Shown piece by piece: positions 42,920-57,806 of a DNA stretch of 64,000 nt (position 1 is its first letter; every line of letters begins with the position of its first letter). The DNA is taken from NCBI GenBank assembly GCA_012295275.1, contig CM022672.1:32674001-32738000 (forward strand), in the 5' to 3' direction. The translations under genes were made by a program, and so were the position numbers. Source of the DNA: Chrysomallon squamiferum (Eukaryota; Animalia; Mollusca). The notes beneath the pieces were generated by a model. It did not search any database. It was not told where the DNA came from and saw nothing but the letters and a program-made list of their open reading frames with translations.

Positions 42920-44290
42920 GAAAACACTGGAAAAAAAAAAAAAAAAATCCAGGAAAAGGCTAGAGACAGGTGGGAAGGAATACACAATTATATCAGAGAA
43001 AACTGTCAAAACTGCAGTGAGACATTTATTCATTTCATTTTGGTCTTCAGTCCTGTGACAAGGAGATATATTTTCTGTATCATAACATAGTAGATAATTC
43101 TGCATGCTAAAAAACCTAGGGCTTTTTTTTTTTTTTTTGTCACTAGCTGGTCAAAGCATTCATGTATGCAAATCTGTTATAATAAAACACTAAAGGTAGT
43201 AGAAAAATTACCGAGACAACAATGAAGCAGAAAAAAGAAAAACAGCAAGAGAAATTATTAATTATGTTTGAAATTACACAATCTTTTCTTGTACTGAAAG
43301 CACATACACAAAGCAGAATACTAAGAGGCAGCTCTTCAGCTCTGATCTGAATGTGTAGTTTATATATGATCAGTGTTAAAACAACAGAAAGAAACCTGTT
43401 TCCTTTCAAACAATAGAAGTGTTTTCTACAGGGAATGCAGTTATACATTCCACAGTCCCAGATATAACTGGTATTTTGTGTGAAAAAAAAGACTGAGGAC
43501 AGGTGACAAGTGATATGAAAGCAGATTATGAAGTACTTGGACAAAATAATTGAAAATCACAGCATTTCATATAATACTGACTTGTTTGATTTTGAACCTG
43601 ATCTTCCAGTATTTTGTTCTTTGGTGAATGATTTGCATTACAAAAGAAAATGGAGTTGCTGCTTTTAAGATTTTACAAACTGAACAGTGGAGGAGTATTC
43701 TGTTACCTTTGGATCATGTAAATAGGCACATGTTTAATTATGTACATGAAGCCATTGCCACAGCTTACATCTTGTGTATCTTTGATTCATAATCAGGATA
43801 AAACAGGAAACATTTTATAGTCACAGCACTTCTCCATGTTGTTGTTTCTGTACTGATCACAAAGTACTGAAGACAGCTCATACACAGATGTTATGTGATT
43901 CTGTTCATTCTGCTACAGAAAGGCTAAACAAATATTTCTATTTATGCTTGGCCATAATGTGACAGGTCAGAATGGCTCACATAAAGAAATATACTTTTAA
44001 AATACCATATTTCCTGAATATGAAACAATAAGTTAAACATATGTTGCCTCTTTGTACAGGCTATTCCACAGGCAAAGGGGTTAACTGGATGGGAATAAAA
44101 TGGTTACAATTTAGAAAATCAGAGGAAAGGCTCAGTGAGAAAGATGAAGTTTTTAGTTGGATGAAGAGTTGGTTTGTCTGTTATAAACAAAAACTGCCAA
44201 TTTCTGAACAAAAGAGAAAAATATCTTATTTCATTGTGTCAAGATAGAGATATACCCTCAGAATATCCTCAACATTATTATAAAATTACA
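42920..44290 (+). mobile_element. Decayed DNA transposase, probably Sola-type DDE
   Basis: Ordered frame-broken motifs: HWKK..RKRL..GKEY; ESTYTK..SDLNV..PVSF..VF..FHSP; FDFE..LP..YKRK; FCYLW..IGTCL; DHKVLKTAHTQMLCDSVHSATEKAK (cf. HKFLE.GHTQMECDSMHS.IE); VNWMGIKWLQFRK; YKQKLPISEQK. The superfamily assignment is from memory. Confidence 0.7.
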
Positions 44291-44829
44291 CTGGATGACA
44301 AAACAGGAGATTGATCTCCACTACCTGATGCAATGGAAAGTGAAAATTATTCAGAATAAAAGGTTAAACTTGCAATGTTGCTCTAAACCAGCCATTTACT
44401 GTAATCACTAGAAATGTGAATACAAACTTTTAGTATCAGTTTTAAATGTCAGATTCAAAACAGAATGTTAAGTTTTAATACAGAAATATTATTTTTATAA
44501 CAAATGTTTGCTTTCAATGTTCAAGTGAGTTCTAGACTTCACTTTTAATATATTTTAACATTATATTGAATATAATTACTTTTATATTAAATTAAAAAAA
44601 AAAATCCTTTTGAAGTAATAAACTAATCTATAAAATAACAGAAATAAAATATATTTCACAGTAATACACTGCTTTTTTCACATATGCTATTATGGTCATG
44701 ACTTTTTGGTAAATATATCAGAAGCAAAAAGACACAGGTGTGGTTGATTAGGATAACCAGTCAGATGTCGCACAATGTACTTTTGACTTAAAGTCTATTA
44801 ATAATGTTCAGTGCATCAACAGATCAATA

Positions 44830-45370
44830 GTTTTGAAAACATCTCAACTTTTATGTCTAAACATGTTTTTTGCTGAAATCAGTCAATAAAACATGTTCTT
44901 TGTGTTATTGTGTGACCTGTCAAAATCTTAACAAAATTATGCTGAAACTATGCACTTATTTTGCCAAGATTCATCTAAAATCTCTGACATCACATCACCA
45001 TGCACTGCATATCACTGATCTGTAGAATGTGATTTATCTTATTCCATCAAAACCTGAGTTTTCATTGTTTTCACCATGTTTTTATTATCCTATGCTGGCA
45101 CACACATGTTCATTTGCAATGTTCTTTATATGTGTCACAGTTCACTTTATGCCAAAATGACTCATCTGCACTGATGATTTTTTTACAACATTTTAAGTCT
45201 GTCATTTTCATATGTCAGAATATCATAAGTGATTCTGGTGGGGAGGTGAGCTAATAAATAGAACTACTGTGATAAAATATTCTGAAGAGATGAGTTGTTC
45301 AACAAGCTATGAACATGTGAAATTTTAAAACCCTATGTCAGTGCATGCACAAATGCCAGAAAACTGAAAC
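44830..45370 (-). mobile_element. Possible Merlin/IS1595-like transposase remnant
   Basis: DESFW (~45160), STDQ*YA (~45020) and HNFVKILTG..NN (~44930) follow the order of the IS1595 DES / SD.W.AY / H..NFVDP.TG.HTN motifs. Confidence 0.45.
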
Positions 45371-45675
45371 TTTGTTTTGCATTTTACCAGTTTCTGGCTG
45401 TAACCCGTCAAATTAAGCCTTACCATAACTTTAATGTTAAACCTAAAACCTAGCCCTAACAGTAACCTAAAGATAACAATAACTCTAACCATATCCATAA
45501 CCTTACTTGTAACAGTATAATAAATTAAGGATTTATTGAAATAAAATTGATTTTCAAATATACACTAAGACTCATCACAAATTTATTGAAATAAAACTAA
45601 TTTTAAAAATAAGACTCATATTTTTTTTTTAAATAAAAAGTTATTTTAAATTTTATCATAATACTAACAACAATT

Positions 45676-45726
<51 letters not shown>

Positions 45727-47193
45727 TTTTGTATCCCAGTTTTTTTCTTAAAAAAATATTTTTTAAGATATATTGATAATTAAATGATCTAACCATAATC
45801 ATAATTCTTACTCTTAACTCAAACCTAAACCAAATCACCTGTTTGATCCTAATATTCAACATATTTTTTCATTTTTTTTTTTTTTTTTAAAAATACTTTA
45901 AGATAAACAGATAATTAAAATTAACTCTAATCCTAACCATATATCTAACTCAACTCCAATCCTAACCCTAATGCTAAAAATAGCCCTAATGTTAATGGTA
46001 TCCATAACCTTAACCCTAAATATAGCCTTAACCTTACTTGTAACAGTGTGATAAATTAATGACTTATTGAAATAAAACTTATTTCAAATTTTATCCTAAA
46101 ATACATACATATTTTAAAATTAATTTTAATTCATCATAACATTTTTCAAGTTTTCTATCAAAAGTATCTTCAACAAAATATACAATCAAATGAATCCTAC
46201 CCTAATCCTAAAGCCAGCCCTAATACTAAACCCTAATCATCACCCATAGTGAAAGCTTAACCCTTAATGCCAACACTGACCTTAATCCTAACCCCAACCC
46301 AACCCTAATGCTAGCCTACACCAACTGTAAACACAAAACAAACCCACATGTTAACCCTAATCAATACCCTAAACCTAACTCTAATGCTATATCTAGCCCA
46401 AATCCCAACCCAAGGTCTAATACTAACACCAAACCAAATCTGAACCTGAACCTTAACACTAAACATAACCTTAACTCTAATGCAAACACTAACACTCACC
46501 AAAACCAAAAATTTAACTCTATATCTTGAACATAATGTTAAGCCTGACCCCAACACTAATCACAGCATAACCCTATTATCTGTAAAATGTTAAATATTAT
46601 AAATTATTTTTCTAATTTTTTTTAAATGTTATTCTAATTTTTTTGAAATTAATGATTTCTTTAAATTGTATGCTAAAATTCAACCTAAAAGTTTAAAAAG
46701 AAAAGATAACAAAAACCACTGATTAGCAAAACACAAACAACAAAATTAATGTACTAAAATGTAAAAAGAACAAATAGATTATAATTATCAGTAGTACTAG
46801 TATTACTATACTACTACCATTACTGTTAGCACCACCACTAGTACTAAAATTATTATTATTATTGCTATTATTAAGCATGAGCCAGTTATATACAAGTTGT
46901 GTATTTCTGATGCATCTGTTAAATTCTGAAAGCAGTTACTTCAGTTATGTTTCCCTGATCAACAATACATATGTAATTATTCTAAGATTAACAAAACTAA
47001 TATTAGTAGTTATATCTACAATATTGGAAATAGAAAGTAGTAGTAGAAGCAGTAGCAGTAGTAGTTTTATCTTAACACTTTAGTAGCAACATTAATAACA
47101 GAAATAATAGCAATGGTAGTAGTAGTAGCTATAATAACAGTAGTGTTTTATCTTGATTTGTAACAATATACGAGGTTTTTGTATTCAGTTTGT

Positions 47194-47254
<61 letters not shown>

Positions 47255-47367
47255 TGAAGAAGAAGAATAAGAAGAAAAAAAAAGAAGATATTTATGATGA
47301 TGATGAAGAATTAAAACAATAAAAAATGGTTTATTGTTACAACTACAAAAATATAATAAAAAATAAG

Positions 47368-48050
47368 CGACTTACATTTTCACGATTCACTAGGTCAGCA
47401 CAGTCTCCCAGTATTAAGTAATTTATCTTTAAAGAAAAGAATCACCAAGTAATCGAAATAAACTAAATTCACATCATATCCATCATCCAGTTATTAGAAT
47501 AAATAAAAACATAAACCTTGGTGAATTTACAATTGAATTTACAATTGTTCGCCATGTTGGTATTGTTGTTGTTACTGTTTACTGACGTCATTCTGATTAC
47601 GTAAAATGGCGAAGTTAATCGTCCGATTTATTTATCACCTGAATCATTTACTTATCACTTTGTCTGGTAATACATTTATACATTTAAAAAATGTTTAGCT
47701 GACTTATTTTCCTAATTTGTCTTTTTATAACTGCGTTACATAACTAAACAATACAATTCTAGACTGTAGGAACTCGATATTTCATCACGTTCGGCCATTT
47801 CCGTAACATATGAAACTACGAAGAATTAATTTGGCCGTATTCGTTTGTGACAAACCGTTCTGTAACCGAAAATTTAGACTGAATGTTGAGATTGTTTCTG
47901 TGAATAAAATCACCATGTTGTAGTTCAGCTATCTATATATAAATATAATATCGTAACAATTGTTCAAAACAGTTAGCGGTTACATACTTTTGTCGTTAAC
48001 CAGTTTTGGTTGTTGTGATGTGAATATATGTTCAAATGGGAAACTCCTTT
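47368..48050 (-). promoter_or_regulatory. Repeated motif-rich module, copy 2
   Basis: TTCGGCCATTTCCGTAAC (~47790), TTACGTAA, TGACGTCA (47583), CGCCATGTT, and GTAAGTCG donor on the minus strand at 47368-47375. Confidence 0.5.
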
Positions 48051-48195
48051 TTTCAGATAGCAGCTTTATTAGTAGTGTTGTTGCTATAGAAATAATATAT
48101 ATTAGTAGAAGAAATAGTAGTTGCAGTAGAAAATAACTTGTATTAACAGTTGTTGTTGTTTTGTTGTTGTTCTTCTTCTTGTTCTTCTTCTTCTT

Positions 48196-48226
<31 letters not shown>

Positions 48227-48242
48227 TTATTATTATTATTAT

Positions 48243-48313
<71 letters not shown>

Positions 48314-48319
48314 TTTCAG

Positions 48320-48635
48320 AGGCTACGTAGAGTCCAAAAGTATTTGTTAACAAAGTTCATTGCTACTGGTTTTTGCGAAAATCTGTCGCTGTTTCGTGGA
48401 CAGACGACAAGATAAGATCACGTGTATACTACTTTGTAGATAATAGTTGTTATTTACCTGTCTTACATCATTAGTGAGCTTTTCGTTACATATATTAGAA
48501 ATTTGTGATATTAATCTGTACTTTTTGTTGTTTAGAATTTCCATTTTACTTTCATCATTATTACGTTAGCAGTATTTTCTACTTTTGTATTTCACTGTTC
48601 TCATACTTCATAAAGTAAACGTTTTTCTCTGAATA

Positions 48636-48673
<38 letters not shown>

Positions 48674-49169
48674 ACTTTCAGCTTAGTTTTCATGAATTTT
48701 CTCTTTTACTATGTCTTTCCACATGGCTATTTTTTCAGTCTGTCTCCAAATAAATAAATAAAAATGGAAGAATAAAAGTGCTTTTCAAACTTTCGTTACA
48801 TTCATTCGGTTGTCGTTTTCCTCGTTTCTCGTTTTTAAATATCCTTTCTTCTCTCATTCTCTAAATACCCTTTCTTCTCTCATTCTTAACAAAACATTTT
48901 AACTTCAGATATTAATTATATCTTACAGCCGACATGCACTGGGTTGGTGGAAATGACATCGACGGTTAAGGTCGTTTCCAAGGGAGTCTTCCTGTCAACA
49001 CTTCAAAAGACTTAACTACATTTACTGGAACAGCCATCAGCCGGTTAACGGAGGAGGAAAAGAGAATTGCGTGCATCTAAACTGAATATACAGATTAAAG
49101 TGGAACGATGAAATCTGCGGAATCCAGAAAGATTTTATCTGTCGAAGAAAAGCGTTTTGTGAGATATAA
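48320..49169 (+). pseudogene. Perlucin-like C-type lectin pseudogene, copy B
   Basis: 48320-48411 reads FVNKVHCYWFLRKSVAVSWTD. 48929-49169, after a ttacag acceptor, reads DMHWVGGNDIDG*GRFQ / YWNSHQPVNGGGKENCVHLN*IYRLKWNDEICGIQKDFIC. These are the CTLD WIGG, QP, ENC and WND..C..FIC motifs with two stops and a frameshift. Confidence 0.88.
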
Positions 49170-49527
49170 AGTAATTTCCGGTCTGACTTTTATGTTTGTG
49201 TTTTTTTTTATTATTTGTACACGATTAGTTGTGTTATATATTAAATAACTAAAACTCTGTTTACTCTTTCATGTCTATAACTTGTCTGTTTTTCTTTGAC
49301 TGTATTTGTCTGTTTAACTGTACACGTTGAATTATGTTAACTATGTTGATGACGAAGATAATAATTTTAATGATAATGTTATTCCGTTGATGATTGGGAA
49401 CATGACGAAAAGAAAAAAGAAGTATGATGATGATGATGATGATGATGATGATTATGATGATAATACTAATAAAATACCAAGTAACAACAGAAAAACCATC
49501 GAGATTGTCCTAACTATTGTACCAAAA

Positions 49528-49594
<67 letters not shown>

Positions 49595-50181
49595 ATACAT
49601 ACACATATACACTACATTGCTGCTAAGCGGTGTTTTAAACATAAGACTTTACACGTGGAGGTATTCATATATTTTACAACAGCACACATACAAATCACGT
49701 AATGACTACAGTCAGTGCCGTATTAACCTTAGACTTCGAGCTTCTTTGTACCCGCCCCGCGAATTTCACACTCGTTTTTCTAACATTTATTACAATAACA
49801 TTACAAATGAAGTAATTAGTAGAGTAATAAAGAAAATAATTTCATCTTATCAGACAACTTTTAATTATCATGAAAAAAGACAATCCTAAAATACCGGTAC
49901 TGCACTATAATGTTAAATATAAATCGGTTTTTCTATGTATCTACCTACTTAAACATTTTACTTGTTAATCTTTTCAACAAACTGATCCAGAATATAGTTT
50001 AATGTTCTCTTAGCGTCTCTCGTATCAAACAGTATTCCTATAAATTCATTTCAGTGACGTGCATGGAGCGATTACGTTATACATAGTGTTAACATTTAGC
50101 ACTAAACAAAAACAAAACAGATTACTTGGGTCCCAGGCTTCAGCAAAGTCAGCCTTAGGGATGTTGTTGTTGTTGTTGTTG

Positions 50182-50227
<46 letters not shown>

Positions 50228-50601
50228 GTAAAAGTTAGTTTTTGACCTGTGTTTCAATGGTTTATTCTTTGTTTAGCTAGTGTTCATGTTTCAGCGCCAA
50301 GTCTCATTTCTGGAAGTACGTTGTAAATTTGTCACCAGTAACATAAGAAGGATAATTATTTTAACAATTATACTTTTTTATGTTTATTTATTTATTTAAA
50401 TATAATAAGAGAAGACAATACAATAATGAATACTAATAAGAAAAGTTGTCTATATATGTGTCTGTGTATATGTGTATATAAAATTTAAGAATATAATACG
50501 AGGAAATACAAAAATGACGAAAAAGAAGAAACAAGACATAAGAACAAGAACAAATAAGAACATTAATAAAAAACGGTGTCTGTGTTTGTATATCTGTATG
50601 A

Positions 50602-50658
<57 letters not shown>

Positions 50659-51141
50659 GCTTAATTTTCTCGCTTTCAGTTTTTAAAAATGTTTACTGAT
50701 TATTTATTTCATTATCTTTTTTATTCCTTTTTCTTTCTTTCTTCGATTATTTTGATTATTATTATTATTATTATTATTATTATTGTTGTTGTTGTTGTTG
50801 TTGTTGTCGTTGTTGTTTTTACTGATGATGTTATTTATTTAATTTGTTGTTCTTGTTCACATGAAAAAATGTTTTTTCTTTCATACTAATGAATTGTAAA
50901 GCGTCAGTTGTTTGTGCAGTGTTTAAGGTGAAATTCACATCAGCAGTGAGTACTGAGAACTGGATGGGATGGTATGGGGTGGGGGGTGACCTAGTTTATT
51001 AATTTTGTTTGAGCGCTGCGACACGACTTGAAGTCGATCGATAAACGAGTTGTCATGGCAGCGAAACACATTTTATTTTTTTATTTTATTTTTTTCATTT
51101 TGTTTTTTTTTTATTTAATTTCATTTCATATATTTATTTTA

Positions 51142-51191
<50 letters not shown>

Positions 51192-51589
51192 ATTATTATT
51201 ATTTTCGTCGTCATTATCATCATCATCATTATAATTTCTATTGTGATGATGATAATGATTACTATTATTTCCCAACCCCCATATTTCTAAACTGACTTTT
51301 TACGGTGTATTTATAACGACAATAACAGAAAAATGAACAACCAGTACAGGAACAACATTGACGGCAGCATTGATTATAAAGTAACTAAAATAATAATAAT
51401 AAAGTTGGTCGAAATAATAATGAGAAGAAGAAAAGTAACATTAGTAATAAGGACAACAAGATGACGCTAACGATGTCGGCAACAGCAGCAACAACAACAA
51501 CAACAATAATAACGAAAGAAAGAAAGACATTAAAGAAATATATTAAAAATATTCCAGTGCGGCAGTCGGTGCCTATCCACCAAAAGGAT

Positions 51590-51678
<89 letters not shown>

Positions 51679-52177
51679 TTTCTGTCTGTAATCGTGTTCT
51701 TTTATTGTGTATTTGTTTATGTATATGTGTGATTCCCTGCCCAAAGAGAGACATTCCATAATACAGACATGTTATTTGATAGACAAAACTCTTTACTGGG
51801 TTATGTAATGTAACGTGTACACTCCTCACTGCTTTAGTGGTACTGCTCCAGTCTGCTGCTTGTTGTTGTTGTGTCTACCAATTCCACACACGCTGCTAGG
51901 AGAACTTACTTGTATTCTGCTAAACGGAAGAAAAAGATGTATTTTATGAAGTCCCCGTTTTTAAAGTTTAGCTCATGGGCTTCTCCACTGCAACATCCGT
52001 ATTCAATACATTTCACTTCATATAGACATTGTTTATATATCAATAATTATTATCTTGTATTTCACTGATGATATATTGAAACAATAGCTAATCACAGACA
52101 TATAATACAAAAGTTCTTATATATTAACTACATGTACCTATACAAAAAAAAAAAAAAAAGATTCAAATTTTGTAGTC

Positions 52178-52620
52178 ATGGCTGATCTTGGAGGGGCAGA
52201 ATTTGTTCAGTCACAAAGAGGTAAACCACAAATAAATCAAGACGGATTTCTGTTTACAAAGAATCGTTCCAGACGGGGAAAGTGTTCACTGGAAATGCGT
52301 GACAAACGAGTTCTGATACCTGCCCTAACACAGATTAGACGTTAACATAGAAGAACCACAGACAAAGACAAATGACGGAAGACGCTACCTTTTATTTCGA
52401 CAGATGAGCAAATCGTATCTCTACACGCTGCAGATTCAATATTTATGGACGGAACTTTATATTCTTGTCCAGCGGTGTGGAACCAGTTATATATCATCCA
52501 TGCTATGGAAGGAACTACTATGTATCCCTTTGTGTTTGAACTTCTTCCCGAGAAACAGACGATAACATACAGTGGACTGTTCAGTTTGTTAAAGAATCAT
52601 TAAAACAGCCTCTTTCTCCA
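52178..52620 (+). mobile_element. Mutator/MULE FLYWCH transposase remnant
   Basis: MADLGGAEFVQSQRGKPQINQDGFLFTKNR..HWKC (FLYWCH), then LHAADSIFMDGTLYSCPAVWNQLYIIHAMEGTTMYPFVFELLPEKQTITYSGLFSLLK (MULE DDE start). Truncated at the duplication boundary. Confidence 0.85.
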
Positions 52621-53428
52621 GTAATTAATGTTAACTGTGTGTAGTTAATAAGAGATGAACTCATTACTATCAAGTGTTGGTCTCCAGCAGGGATTCATTT
52701 ATGTTCATATTAGGAACATACAAGTACAAACTTCGTGAAGAACTGGGAACAGATGGGTCACAGCAGACGTCAAACTAACGCTTACCAGCAAATACATGTA
52801 AATAATTTTATAAAACACTAAACAATCTGAAGATCTGATTTTCAAATAATACAAATGTCGTATCTGCAAAAAAGAAGTAAATGGACCGATGTTGAAAGTT
52901 TGCTTATAGAAAAATCACACTAAGGAATTCTGTGTATCTTGAAACAATTATAGACAGTAAACAATTTATTTATTTATTTATTTGTTTATTTATATGTTTT
53001 GTCATGTTAACTGCTACTAGCTAAGACTAAAACTGGCCATTTCCATTGACAGCTGGGATTGCTCGTTCATGCACAAACCCGCAGTTAAAACTAAATCAGA
53101 ATAACATACGTTGAAGTGTCTTCAGCAGAATAACTTTTATTTGTGAACTTTAAGTATGTAACTGTCTAATTCTTAAAAGAGGATACATATACGTGTTAAT
53201 TAATTAATTAAAATAAATTTAGCTTCCATTTCTTATTGTGTTTTTTTTAATAATATTTGTACTGAAAAAGCATCAACGGAGAAATATTATCAAAGAAGAT
53301 AATCGTATTTTAAGAATTATATAAATTTATATAAATCTACTACAGTTACTACTTCTGTTATTACTACTACTAATACAGTCTCTACTGCTAATTCTTCGAC
53401 TACTGCTATCACTATTTCTACTACTAGA

Positions 53429-54261
53429 GGAGAGTGGGGGCTAATGGGATAGTGGGCCATAATGACAAAGTGGATTTTTGTTGTCTGTAATGTGTCTGCA
53501 ATTGTCGGAGTTTGCCCCAATCCCGAAGCTCAAAGAAAAGATTTGTGTGACACGTGAAGGCGTAAAACGTGGATCATCGGTTGTATTAACAAGCTGCCCA
53601 TTCAAGCAGTAACTCGTGGAACAGCAGAAAGCAAATACGGTGAGTAAAGTAATCAGGCCTAAAACAAAGGCGAAAGGAGCGAAATGTGGTAGTAAACGTG
53701 GCGAGGCCAGCAATGATAAAGGGGCAAATCATTGCAATCAGGTATACTTTAATTCGACTGAAGGTGAAGTTTGAGTTCACCTGCAAAGGGTGGTCTCACC
53801 AGGACTGTGCAGGGGTTGAGGAAGAGGATTTTATTTGTGATGTCTGTTCTCACTAAATCACTTTAAATCTGACAGTCGAGGTTCAGAAATTGAATAGTCA
53901 TGATAGTTGAACAGTGTTTGTTTTGCTTGGCCTATTCAGTGAGTTCAGAGTAAAATTTTGTTTTTTTCAAGGTTTTTACTTATTTACTGATTACTTCCGT
54001 ACAGTGATTTGGTTTTCCTTAGAATTCAGTTTATAAGTTTGTTTGTGTTTGGAGGTTAAAGTTGATTGATGAACGGTATTCATTGCATTTTAGGTTTTGG
54101 TTATAATCTGTTGTGAATAGATGTTCCTGCAGTGCTTTTATTCAGTTAAGATAAATGTTTTGCAGCTTTGATAGTTTGTCAGAGTTGTTTATTTTTCTGT
54201 GATCTGTGGAGGGAGAAGGTCATCCCATTATGCCCCATCCATTTCAGTTTGCCCCTTTACC
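53429..54261 (+). mobile_element. Internally deleted pogo/Tigger-like element with C-terminal PHD finger, copy 1
   Basis: FAPIPKLK..KRGSSVVLTSCPFKQ* ... CNQVYFNSTEGEV*V / CKGWSHQDCAGVEEEDFICDVC*. Ends ggagagtgggggctaatgggatagtgggccataatg and tcccattatgcccca..gcccctttacc are degenerate inverted repeats. Confidence 0.78.
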
Positions 54262-54555
54262 AAATCCCAATATGGGTCAATATGGGAAATTTGAGACCCT
54301 TTTGAAATTATCTCTGTATCTGGCAGTGCTCTACAATTGCCGGCTGTTGTCTGGTTTATTGATAGCTTAACATAACGAAGTACACTGTATTACGTCTGCC
54401 CTTGTAACGCATATCCATCGCCAGTGAGAGTACAACACACGTTAAGTATCTCGTTACGCCCCACTTTCCCTGAGTACTGCTACCACTAGTACAGCTTCTG
54501 TTGTTATTACTAATTCTTACTGCTACTACTACCATTATTACTCAAATTTATTCAT

Positions 54556-54611
<56 letters not shown>

Positions 54612-55669
54612 GTACTACTAGTTCTACTACTACTAGTACCACTAGTACTACTACTACTACTACTACTAGAACTACTATTACTACTACTACTACTACTACT
54701 AGTACTACTACTACTACAATCTATTCTCTACAGAGTTGAGGGATAAAGCAGAAAGCGGCCCTGGATTATTTCGAGGCTCGTGTTACGATCCTGTAAAGGT
54801 CAAACAGTTGAAGTTAAGAGGAGTGGCCGAGTTCTGCAAGTCAGTCTTCTGGTCATCTGACTGTCCTTGGACTGTATCAGATATCGAAATGACCTCTGAC
54901 ATGGACCAATACATTCTGAGTTCAACTAGGACAATAAAAATAAAAACAAAAACATAACATACAGACAATGACTGGTAGTCCGAGTTCGCTGGCCTCAGTC
55001 GATGATGGACAGGTCAGCAGGCGGCAGAAGACAAAAGTACTCGGACTAAACAAAAACTTGAAACGTATTTCTCGAAACCTGGCAAAGTTGATTATAAACT
55101 CAGAAAGAAAAACGGGGAAAGGAGACTCAACAAATAAAAACAAGAAAAACGAAACAATAGCAGGGGCAGGTGGGTAAGCAACATAAAACATTTTTAAAAT
55201 AAAACTATTTCAATGCGCAGTCGATGCCTATCCTCTTAAAACATACATGTATGTGTATACATGTGTGTGTGTGTGTGTGTGCATAAGTCTAGTTGTGTGT
55301 TTGTGTGTTTATGTTTGTGTACATATGTAACCGTGTTTTTGTATTGTGTTTTTGTATATGGATATGTGTACAGATATGTGTATATGTGAATATGTATCCA
55401 TATTTAAGTCTCCAAGTTATGACATGATTTAACAATAGGCCTAATTGTTACGGAATACACCAAAATATTTTTGAAAACTGTATATGTATTGTGAATAACG
55501 AATATCCCAAATCATATGTTTTACCAGAACCGGGGTATTATGTTTAAATACGCAATATCTGATTTCTGTTCCTGCAGAAAATAACGATACTAAATTTCTT
55601 TAAAGTGGGGTGCATGAATAACACAGTCATAATTATACAGAAACTATAAAGACACTTATATATATATAA

Positions 55670-55870
55670 AAAGAGTTTTATTTAACGACGCATTCGATTC
55701 AGTTTTAATAAACATTTATATGACGTCATTCACAGAATTAGGTCATATTAATGAGTAATGAACAGAGGAGAAGCTTAATTGAAAAATAGCAAAAACATAT
55801 TTTTATTTCAGTTTATTCAACCGATATTTTAGGGTAATTGATGCTGAACCAGTAGATGAAACATTGTTTG
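55670..55870 (-). mobile_element. Decayed tRNA-derived SINE (3' part)
   Basis: gttttatttaacgacgca..ttatatgacgtc resembles the reverse complement of a gastropod SINE 3' end (recalled, not searched). Confidence 0.45.
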
Positions 55871-56750
55871 ACACTCCTAGTAAGTATGTTTATAGGTGAT
55901 AAAGTTTATTAACTCAGAGTGTACGTATGGTGATACAAGTAATTAGTGTTACTTGTGAGTAGTTAATAAGAGATGAACTCATTACTATCTAGTGTTGGTC
56001 TGCAGCAGGGATTCATTTATGTTCATATTAGGAACATACAAGTACAAACTTCGTGAAGAACTGGGAACAGATGGGTCACAGCAGACGTCAAACTAACGCT
56101 TACCAGCAAATACATGTAAATAATTTTATAAAACACTAAACAATCTGAAGATTTGATTTTCAAATAATACAAATGTCGTATCTGCAAAAAAGAAGTAAAC
56201 GGACCGATGTTGAAAGTTTGCTTATAGAAAAATCACACTAAGGAATTCTGTGTATCTTGAAACAGTTATAGACAGTAAACAATTTATTTATTTATTTATT
56301 TGTTTATTTATATGTTTTGTCATGTTAACTGCTACTAGCTAAGACTAAAACTGGCCATTTCCATTGACATCTGGGATTGCTCGTTCATGCACAAACCCGC
56401 AGTTAAAACTAAATCAGAATAATATACGTTGAAGTGTCTTCAGCAGAATAACTTTTATTTGTGAACTTTAAGTATGTAACTGTTTAATTCTTCAAAGAGA
56501 AGACATATACGTACTAATTAATTAATTAATTAAAATAAATTTAGCTTCCATTTCTTATTGTGGTTTTTTTAATAATATTTGTACTGAAAAAGCATCAACG
56601 GAGAAATATTATCAAAGAAGATAATCGTATTTTAAGAATTATATAAATTAATATAAATCTACTACAGTTACTACTTCTGTTATTACTACTACTAATACAG
56701 CCTCTTCTGCTAATTCTTCAACTACTGCTATCACTATTTCTACTACTAGA

Positions 56751-57556
56751 GGAGAGTGGGGGCTAATGGGATAGTGGGCCATAATGACAAAGTAGATTTT
56801 TGTTGTCTGTAATGTGTCTGCAATTGTCGGAGTTTGCCCCAATCCCGAAGCTCAAAGAAAAGATTTGTGTGACACGTAAAGGCGTAAAACGTGGATCAAC
56901 GGTTGTATTAACAAGTTGCCCATTCAAGCAGTAACTCCTGGAACAGCAGAAAGCAAATACGGTGAGTAAAGTAATGAGGCCTAAAACAAAGGCGAAAGGA
57001 GCGAAATGTGGTAGTAAGCGTAGGGAGGCCAGCAATGATAAAGGGGCAAATCATTGCAATCATGTATACTTTAATTCGACTGAAGGTGAAGTTTGAGTTC
57101 ACCTGCAAAGGGTGGTCTCACCAGGACTGTGCAGGGGTTGAGGTAGAGGATTTTATTTGTGACATTTGTTCTCACTAAATCACTTTAAATCTGACAGTCG
57201 AGGTTCAGAAGTTGAATAGTCATGATAGTTGAACAGTGTTTGTTTTGCTTGGCCTACTCAATGAGTTCAGAGTAAAATGTTGTTTTATACAAGGGTTTTA
57301 CTTATTTACTGATTACGTCCGTACAGTGATTTGCTTTTCCTTAGAATTCAGTTTATAAGTTTGTTTGTGTTTGGAGGTTAAAGTTGATTGATGAACGGTA
57401 TTCATTGTATTTTAGGTTTTGGTTATAACCTGTTGTGAATAGATGTTCCTGCAGTGCTTTTATTCGGTTAAGATAAATGTTTTGCAGCTTTGATAGTTTG
57501 TCAGAGTTGTTTATTTTTCTGTGATCTGTGGAGGGAGAAGGTCATCCCATTATGCC
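56751..57556 (+). mobile_element. pogo/Tigger-like remnant, copy 2 (within duplication)
   Basis: Same sequence as 53429-54236 with few substitutions. Confidence 0.75.
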
Positions 57557-57768
57557 TATCATATCATATCATTTGCCAGTTTGTCTGGTTTATTGACCCT
57601 TTAACCTAACGAAGTACCTGTATTACTTTTCTCCCCTTGTAACGCATATCCATCGCCAATATAGGTCAATATGGGAAATTTGAGACCCTTTTGACTTTGA
57701 AATGATTCTGTATCTACTAGTGCTCTACAACTACCGGCTGTTGTCTGGTTTATACTACTATTACTACT

Positions 57769-57806
<38 letters not shown>

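Noticed and set aside
47395-47490. C/D-box snoRNA inside the repeated module
   Set aside because: The C-box is imperfect (ATGATGG) and the CTGA is not conserved in copy 1.
53317-53786. Minus-strand ORFs duplicated at 56648-57108 as membrane or secreted peptides
   Set aside because: They are antisense to the pogo transposase remnant and repeated only because of the direct duplication.
54730-55190. Short ORFs on both strands in a GC-richer segment
   Set aside because: No family recognised, and the frames are not preserved in the second copy.
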